A DNA stretch of 24,000 bases from Candidatus Scalindua sp. (GTDB lineage: Bacteria; Planctomycetota; Brocadiia; Brocadiales; Scalinduaceae). Positions 18,852-24,000 of this stretch are shown here, piece after piece (the stretch's first letter is position 1; the number at the start of each line of letters is the position of its first letter). Under the pieces are notes generated by a model that had not been told where the DNA came from, ran no database searches, and saw nothing but the letters and a program-made list of their open reading frames with translations. The DNA lies in assembly GCA_018648405.1 (NCBI GenBank), contig JABGRF010000250.1, positions 1 to 24,000 on the forward strand. The letters are read 5' to 3'. The translations under genes and the position numbers were made by a program.

Positions 18852-19130
18852 TTATAGATCTGGCAGTGTAATGTCATGTTCTCCTGCAATCTTTTTTGCA
18901 AGCATTATACAGCCTATCTTTGCCGTCACTCCAGCGTAGCCAACGTAACACTCTATTAATTTTTCTGTCGCACTGTTGCCGTCACCCGCGAAGCTTTCTA
19001 CAGTACCGTTATCAAGAACCTCTAATCCGGCCTCTTTTGCACCGGCCAGAGCCTTTTCGGTTCCCAGCACTCCAAATTGCCGTTGAACAATTGCCGTTAA
19101 TATTGCAAGATAACCGTTTTGGTTACTCAT
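18852..19130 (-). CDS. hypothetical 92-aa soluble protein (no family recognised)
   Basis: MSNQNGYLAILTAIVQRQFGVLGTEKALAGAKEAGLEVLDNGTVESFAGDGNSATEKLIECYVGYAGVTAKIGCIMLAKKIAGEHDITLPDL. No TM helix or signal peptide. Tightly packed between the di-iron protein gene (35-nt gap) and the giant kinase gene. The coding call rests on ORF length, position and strand only. Confidence 0.5.
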   Translation of the reverse strand: MSNQNGYLAILTAIVQRQFGVLGTEKALAGAKEAGLEVLDNGTVESFAGDGNSATEKLIECYVGYAGVTAKIGCIMLAKKIAGEHDITLPDL

Positions 19131-19165
19131 TTTTCTAGTCCTCTTTTCTGTGTGAATTTCAAGAT

Positions 19166-19900
19166 TTAAACCCAGGTGCCCACTTCTAATTCCCGAGCGG
19201 CCTGCATATATATTTCGATGTCTTTGTCAATTATAGAACCATGTTGCGGGCATATTCTTTCTATTGCTATTGTTTCTAATTTATCTAATGCGCTATCTAA
19301 TGCGAGTTTTGATCCCAGATATGGTTCTGTAAAAGCTTTAAATGCTTCGAGATAATTCTCGTTTGCGTATAGATTCCAATCTATAGAGAATCCCCCGAAT
19401 ATATCGCTTGAAAAGACCGTCTTTGTCTTTTCGTCGTATGTTACCATTGAACCCGCAAAGTGTACGTAAGGGGTATGCACAAACGTTAAAATTCTGCCAC
19501 TTTTTAATGAAAATGGTTCACCGTCTTCAACAGTAATCACCTCAGAAACCGAGTCATAATATCTCATAAATGGCGCCGCTCTGGTTGGTGTTATAATCTT
19601 TACCCTGGGATTAACTATCTCTTCGAACAGTGGTATCGCGGCACATATGTCAGGGTCCTGGTGATGAGCTACAATGTAGTTGATTCTCTCCGGTTCCACA
19701 ACTGAACACACTTTTTCCTTCACTATGTTAAAATGTTCCGGTGCTCTCGAACCGGGATCAAAAAGTATCACATCTTCTCCATCATCCAGAATATATGGAT
19801 TATTGGAAAATCCCGCTTTTCTATCTGCAAAGCCCACCCAATAGATTCCTTCAACTATCTCGTGTGCTTTTGATTCATCATAAGTCTTAAAAGCATTCAT
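19166..19900 (-). CDS. stand-alone metallo-beta-lactamase-fold di-iron domain protein (flavodiiron-protein core without a flavodoxin domain; ODP-like)
   Basis: 244 aa. Colinear with the FDP N-terminal domain: EGIYWVGFADR...NPYILDDGEDVILFDPG, INYIVAHHQDPDICAA (in place of H-x-E-x-D-H), VHTPYVHFAGSMVTY, VFSSDIFGG, ICPQHGSII. AGGAG Shine-Dalgarno 13 nt upstream of the ATG. Confidence 0.7.
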   Translation of the reverse strand: MNAFKTYDESKAHEIVEGIYWVGFADRKAGFSNNPYILDDGEDVILFDPGSRAPEHFNIVKEKVCSVVEPERINYIVAHHQDPDICAAIPLFEEIVNPRVKIITPTRAAPFMRYYDSVSEVITVEDGEPFSLKSGRILTFVHTPYVHFAGSMVTYDEKTKTVFSSDIFGGFSIDWNLYANENYLEAFKAFTEPYLGSKLALDSALDKLETIAIERICPQHGSIIDKDIEIYMQAARELEVGTWV

Positions 19901-20055
19901 TTTTATTTCACCACTCCTAAATAGATTAACTTTCAGGTTAATAGAAGATATTGTATTTGTATTTCAAGTTAGATCGTTGTCAGCATTGTAATTTTGATAC
20001 AATAAGCGCAGTTTAGAGAGCAAAATAGTTGCCAATTGGACTATTAGAAATGTTT

Positions 20056-20069
20056 AATGTTTAAACATT
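20056..20069. promoter_or_regulatory. perfect 14-bp palindrome AATGTTTAAACATT in a divergent intergenic region (candidate operator)
   Basis: The sequence is its own reverse complement. It is preceded by a half-site-like direct copy, aaatgttt (20048-20055). It lies 156 nt upstream of the di-iron gene start and 416 nt upstream of the cytochrome gene start. Confidence 0.3.
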
Positions 20070-20403
20070 TTTACTGGTTTTATACATTCGTGCTAACCTT
20101 TGAGAGCTCTTTGTTGAACTGAGTAATTATCGGAGCGTCTTTTGACGGCTTGTCCTGCATAACTCTATGCGTAGTTGGTGTTTATGACTTTAGTCAGAGA
20201 GGAGGGTCTTTTCATATTACGCTAGTTAAAAAAGATCTCTTTTGTAGATAAATTTTACAAGACGGTATAAATTTCAAAATAGTTTATCTATTTATCAGAT
20301 AGAGAACAAAAAAGTATGAGTAATACGGGTAGTATATGTTGTTATTTTAAACAAAATATCTGTTTTTTGAGTGATTGTGTATCAATTTTCAGAATATCAT
20401 CTA

Positions 20404-20432
20404 TGGGAAAATCCATATAACCTCTGTATAAT
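20404..20432 (+). promoter_or_regulatory. candidate promoter for the multihaem cytochrome operon
   Basis: Perfect -10 TATAAT (20427-20432) immediately preceded by TG. The -35 is weak (tgggaa, 20404-20409) at 17-nt spacing. The -10 ends 52 nt upstream of the ATG at 20485. Confidence 0.3.
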
Positions 20433-20484
20433 ACTACTCATTAGTCAATTGTAATCAGTTATTTAAAATACCAAGGCAAATACC

Positions 20485-22878
20485 ATGAAAAATATACAAT
20501 TATTGATAGTAGTAATTCTTACAGCTCTTTCCGGGATGATTGGAGCGTGCAAAGCTGTACCTGAATCCGGAACCATGCAGACAAATACAATATCTGATTC
20601 CGCCATTACCAGAAGCGTCAGTGCCAAAAATATCTCAAACGTAGAGGGTGAAGATAAGGGTTGTATGTCATGCCATGAAGGGATTGAGGTTATTAATGAC
20701 AGAATGCAGCCGTATCTCCTGCTGTTTGCCGAACAGAAATATGGAAAGGGAAGAGGGTATGAGTGTGCTATCTGCCACGAGGGTGTTCCATCATCTGACA
20801 ATAAAGAGGAATCCCATACTGGTCTCATCCCCAATCCATCCAGTATGTGGGTACTTCATGAGGGAAAAGGTTGTGCAAAGTGTCATGATGGAAAGGGGAG
20901 TATTACTACTTTAATGGGTAAGCCTCTTGATGAGCCAGTTGGAGGGGAGATAATGTCAGGCCAGACTGCCACCCTTGACCCGTCAGGTACCCTTGGCAAA
21001 AACTATACTACCCGTCTCTCCAAGTCGCTTCATTCACTTCAGACGGGTATCGTAAATAAAAATCTCTCTTCAAACGGTGTCATCTCGAAGGGCACCTTTC
21101 CCTATGGCAACTTTGACATGGTGGATACGGAAGGTTCGGTTCCTAGTGTAGGCACTGATAAATTTAAGGAGTGGACAGAGAAAGCCATTAAGTTCGGATA
21201 TCTGAGAAGGCTTGATAGTGTGGAGGAGATACCGGACTTCGAGAAGGGCGTAAGTATATTCGGATCGGAAGAAAAAGCTGGTTTCTCAGATACTTATAGG
21301 AAACAGTGCGGACGATGCCATGTATGGGGAGAAGGAAGAGGTAAAAGGGGTGATCTCAGGGCATCGGGCTGTGCCGCCTGCCACATGCTTTATGGAAACG
21401 ATGGGAAGTACGAGGGAGATGATCCACATATTAAAAATACCGGTGAGCGTCCTCATCCGTTAAGACATCGTATTACTACAGCAATTCCGGCAGCTCAGTG
21501 TACTCACTGTCACACACGTGGAAAGAGGATAGGAACTACCTTTGTGGGGATGTTTGAGTTTGATTATATAAAGGACGCTCATGCCGCTCCTTTTGATGAA
21601 AAAGGAGAGGCGCAGAAACCTCTCTTTACGAAAGAGTATATGCATGTGCGTAAGGATGTCCATTTTGAAAGAGGTATGCAGTGTGTCGACTGTCACACGT
21701 CAATTGATGTGCATGGTGACGGCAACATTTACCCGGCAACGTTATACCAGGTGGAGATCAGCTGTTACGACTGCCATGGGACACCGGAAAAATTTCCCTG
21801 GGAGCTGTCCGTAGGGCATGGAACACCAGTAACTCTGGATGGTGCCAGGGGGACATACAAAAAAAATAGTGTGGAGTATCTGCTTACTTCAAGAGGAAAC
21901 GTAAAAGAGAACTGGAGAAGAGAGGGAGATACGTCATATGTATACAGCAGGTTTACCGGAAAGAAGCATAAGATACCTCTGTTGAAGGAAATAGATGAAA
22001 CCGATACCTACAAGACGAAACAGGGTAAGGTTGCTATGTCGACCATTCACAAGCATATGGAGAAGATGGAGTGCTATGCGTGCCACGCCACATGGGCTCC
22101 TCAGTGTTTTGGTTGCCATATGGAATATGACAGAAGGGTGGAGGGTACCGACTGGATTACTACTTCGAAAAAGGTTGATCCTGTAACCGGCAGGCAGACG
22201 GTGTCGAAAAAACCTGGTAACCTGGCATTGGAAAATCGTTCCTTTCTGAGGTGGGAAAGTCCAATATTGGGAATGAATTTGAGGGAAAAGGTATCACCGC
22301 TTGCTCCTGGGTGCCAGGTTTTCTACACATATATTGACGAAAATGGAGAGATTAAGGCACTTAATAAAACATACACCACTTCAACCGGGCATAACTCTCC
22401 AACACTTGCCCCTCTACAACCTCATTCAATCTCACTGGTTGCACGGACATGTGAGGATTGCCACACTAATCCCAAGGCTATAGGATACGGTACCGCTAAT
22501 TCAAGGAGCGCCGGGAAGATTCTGGGAGACAGCCCTCTCTTTCAGGATTTGTCAAAAGGTGTATATGGTGATATTCCTGGTGCGAAGACCGGTAAATGGC
22601 AAGTCCCGAAGATTACTGACTTTCCATTTGCACTTGACCAGCTGGTTACGCGGAGCGGCAAACAGATTCAGAACATGCCGCTGCCGGAAGACAGGCCGTT
22701 AAATGAGAAGGAAAGAAATATTGTAGAGAGAGAGGGATTATGCATGGGATGTCATCAATACCACGGAACACCAGAATGGGACAAGATCATAAAAAAATAT
22801 GGAAGGGCTGAGACTCCGGAACAGCACGAAAAGATCATTGAAGAAGCATTCAAGAGCTTTATCGAAAAAGTGAAATAA
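20485..22878 (+). CDS. dodecahaem c-type cytochrome, probable lipoprotein
   Basis: 797 aa with 12 CxxCH motifs: CMSCH, CAICH, CAKCH, CGRCH, CAACH, CTHCH, CVDCH, CYDCH, CYACH, CFGCH, CEDCH, CMGCH, with first Cys at residues 60, 94, 130, 275, 296, 339, 400, 427, 530, 541, 656 and 753. N-terminal signal peptide with a lipobox-like LSGMIGAC (Cys22). Confidence 0.85.
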   Translation: MKNIQLLIVVILTALSGMIGACKAVPESGTMQTNTISDSAITRSVSAKNISNVEGEDKGCMSCHEGIEVINDRMQPYLLLFAEQKYGKGRGYECAICHEGVPSSDNKEESHTGLIPNPSSMWVLHEGKGCAKCHDGKGSITTLMGKPLDEPVGGEIMSGQTATLDPSGTLGKNYTTRLSKSLHSLQTGIVNKNLSSNGVISKGTFPYGNFDMVDTEGSVPSVGTDKFKEWTEKAIKFGYLRRLDSVEEIPDFEKGVSIFGSEEKAGFSDTYRKQCGRCHVWGEGRGKRGDLRASGCAACHMLYGNDGKYEGDDPHIKNTGERPHPLRHRITTAIPAAQCTHCHTRGKRIGTTFVGMFEFDYIKDAHAAPFDEKGEAQKPLFTKEYMHVRKDVHFERGMQCVDCHTSIDVHGDGNIYPATLYQVEISCYDCHGTPEKFPWELSVGHGTPVTLDGARGTYKKNSVEYLLTSRGNVKENWRREGDTSYVYSRFTGKKHKIPLLKEIDETDTYKTKQGKVAMSTIHKHMEKMECYACHATWAPQCFGCHMEYDRRVEGTDWITTSKKVDPVTGRQTVSKKPGNLALENRSFLRWESPILGMNLREKVSPLAPGCQVFYTYIDENGEIKALNKTYTTSTGHNSPTLAPLQPHSISLVARTCEDCHTNPKAIGYGTANSRSAGKILGDSPLFQDLSKGVYGDIPGAKTGKWQVPKITDFPFALDQLVTRSGKQIQNMPLPEDRPLNEKERNIVEREGLCMGCHQYHGTPEWDKIIKKYGRAETPEQHEKIIEEAFKSFIEKVK

Positions 22879-22903
22879 ATCGATTATATTATAGGAGGTT
22901 GAA

Positions 22904-23455
22904 ATGGCTCTGCTAAAATCAATCAATGTACCATTAGGGACAAAGGCGGTAGACTTTTGCTTAAAGGGTATAGATGGTAAAATGCACTCTCTTGCTGACT
23001 ATAATGATAAGGACGTTTTAGTTATTGTCATTATGTGTAACCATTGCCCTTATGTTCATGCGGTGGATGACCGACTTATTCAACTGCAGGATAAATTTGC
23101 AGAACGAAATGTCCAGCTTATCGGAATCAACCCTAATGATGGAATCAAATACCCTGACGACAATTTTGAAAATATGGTTAAGAGGGCGAAGGAAAAAGGA
23201 TACAACTTTCCATACCTGAGAGATGAAGATCAAGCTGTTGCAAAGAAATATAAGGCTCAATGTACTCCTGATATATACGTTTACAACAGAGAGAGGGAGC
23301 TGTGTTACCACGGCCAGATAGATGACAACTGGCAGCATCCAGAAAAAGTAACATCGCACGATCTGAGCGATGCTATTGAAGCACTGCTCGGAGGAAATAA
23401 GCCATCTTCCGATCAATACCCATCAATGGGGTGTTCGATCAAGTGGAAGGAGTAA
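22904..23455 (+). CDS. thioredoxin-fold (AhpC/TSA/redoxin-like) protein with a CxxC active site
   Basis: 183 aa. VLVIVIMCNHCPYV (Cys45-x-x-Cys48) in the usual redoxin position. No signal peptide. Strong SD (atAGGAGGttgaaATG). Starts 25 nt after the cytochrome stop. Confidence 0.75.
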   Translation: MALLKSINVPLGTKAVDFCLKGIDGKMHSLADYNDKDVLVIVIMCNHCPYVHAVDDRLIQLQDKFAERNVQLIGINPNDGIKYPDDNFENMVKRAKEKGYNFPYLRDEDQAVAKKYKAQCTPDIYVYNRERELCYHGQIDDNWQHPEKVTSHDLSDAIEALLGGNKPSSDQYPSMGCSIKWKE

Positions 23456-23458
23456 TTG

Positions 23459-23638
23459 ATGAGTAAGGAACCGGAGCAGATAACAATAGAAGAGGAACTC
23501 CATATCTGTCCTGAATGTGGATACGAAGATGGTTTTCATACCTCTTTTGTACGACAGACAAAAGAACAGTGTAAAATTATCCTGATATGTCCAAGCTGCC
23601 ATGCCCGTTTTGATCCGAGTTGGGTGGCTAGTGTATAG
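23459..23638 (+). CDS. small zinc-ribbon protein (59 aa from the ATG at 23459)
   Basis: Two CxxC knuckles, CPECGYEDGFH ... CPSCHARF. The start sits 3 nt after the upstream stop (TAAttgATG). The track begins this ORF at the TTG at 23456. Confidence 0.5.
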   Translation: MSKEPEQITIEEELHICPECGYEDGFHTSFVRQTKEQCKIILICPSCHARFDPSWVASV

Positions 23639-23729
23639 TGACGGAAAATGTAACCGGCCTGGCAGTTCAAATAACAAGTTTAAACTAAACATTTCTTTAC
23701 AGACTATAAACCCAAACTAGAGTTTTTGT

Positions 23730-24000
23730 TTATCCCTGTCGGCCTTTAAACAAAGTGATATCACATCGTTTTGCAGCTTTTTTTAAACCTGAATCTTGAG
23801 TTGCGATCGGAACGCCATTCCTCATAGCTAAATCTAAATATGAAGCATCATATGAAGAGATGTTGCATTCCCGGGCTAAAGCAAATATCTCTTTCAGCAT
23901 TCTATCAGGTGTTTCCTGTTGTACGGTAATTGGAAGTTCATTAATTAAATTTAGAAATCTAATTCCATCTGATTCTGTTAAGCGCTTTCTACGTTCTGCG
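23730..24000 (-). CDS. PIN-domain (VapC-like) toxin, C-terminal 89 aa (5' end lies beyond the window end)
   Basis: My own minus-strand translation: ...AERRKRLTESDGIRFLNLINELPITVQQETPDRMLKEIFALARECNISSYDASYLDLAMRNGVPIATQDSGLKKAAKRCDITLFKGRQG*, with stop TAA at 23732-23730. The SYDASYLDLA...G.PIATQD...L..AA pattern is typical of VapC C-terminal halves. Confidence 0.6.
   Translation of the reverse strand, partial: AERRKRLTESDGIRFLNLINELPITVQQETPDRMLKEIFALARECNISSYDASYLDLAMRNGVPIATQDSGLKKAAKRCDITLFKGRQG

Noticed and set aside
20463-20834. 123-aa minus-strand ORF overlapping the start of the cytochrome gene
   Set aside because: It lies entirely antisense to a CDS with strong functional signatures (signal peptide, CxxCH motifs). 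It has no motif or SD of its own, so it is a shadow ORF.
20485-22878. Calling the cytochrome a hydroxylamine/hydrazine oxidoreductase-type (octahaem HAO-like) enzyme
   Set aside because: It has 12 CxxCH motifs, not 8, and their spacing does not resemble the HAO pattern I recall. I see no basis for a catalytic assignment, so it is left as a generic multihaem cytochrome.
23639-23729. GTTCAAAT motif resembling a tRNA T-loop in the convergent spacer
   Set aside because: The flanking bases do not form a T-stem and no acceptor or anticodon arms can be drawn, so it is not a tRNA.

Overview
AT-rich bacterial chromosomal window, densely coded, with no rRNA, tRNA, CRISPR array, transposase or integrase that I could see. 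All calls come from reading motifs by eye; no HMM or database search was run. Gene content (12-haem cytochrome, small basic protein that I recall as typical of the Planctomycetes-Verrucomicrobia-Chlamydiae group, SPOR protein, very dense signalling) suggests a Planctomycetota/anammox-like genome, but this is an unverified guess. Positions 1-7900 are mostly housekeeping: a partial TolC-like gene, then a ligA-tldD-glycine-zipper peptide run on the minus strand, and a SPOR protein, small basic protein and class I/II aminotransferase on the plus strand. The most interesting part is 7908-19900: nine co-directional minus-strand genes. They are headed by a stand-alone flavodiiron-core-like (ODP-like) di-iron protein and an unknown 92-aa protein. 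Next come a ~1826-aa transmembrane hybrid histidine kinase, a REC-kinase, a single REC, a REC-less CheB with an intact catalytic triad, and a free Hpt. The run ends with a REC-GGDEF(I-site)-HD-GYP protein and an HDOD protein. No MCP, CheA, CheW or CheR is present. Across a 584-bp AT-rich divergent region lies a 12-haem c-type cytochrome lipoprotein operon with a CxxC thioredoxin-fold protein and a small zinc-ribbon protein. The window ends in a partial PIN/VapC toxin gene.
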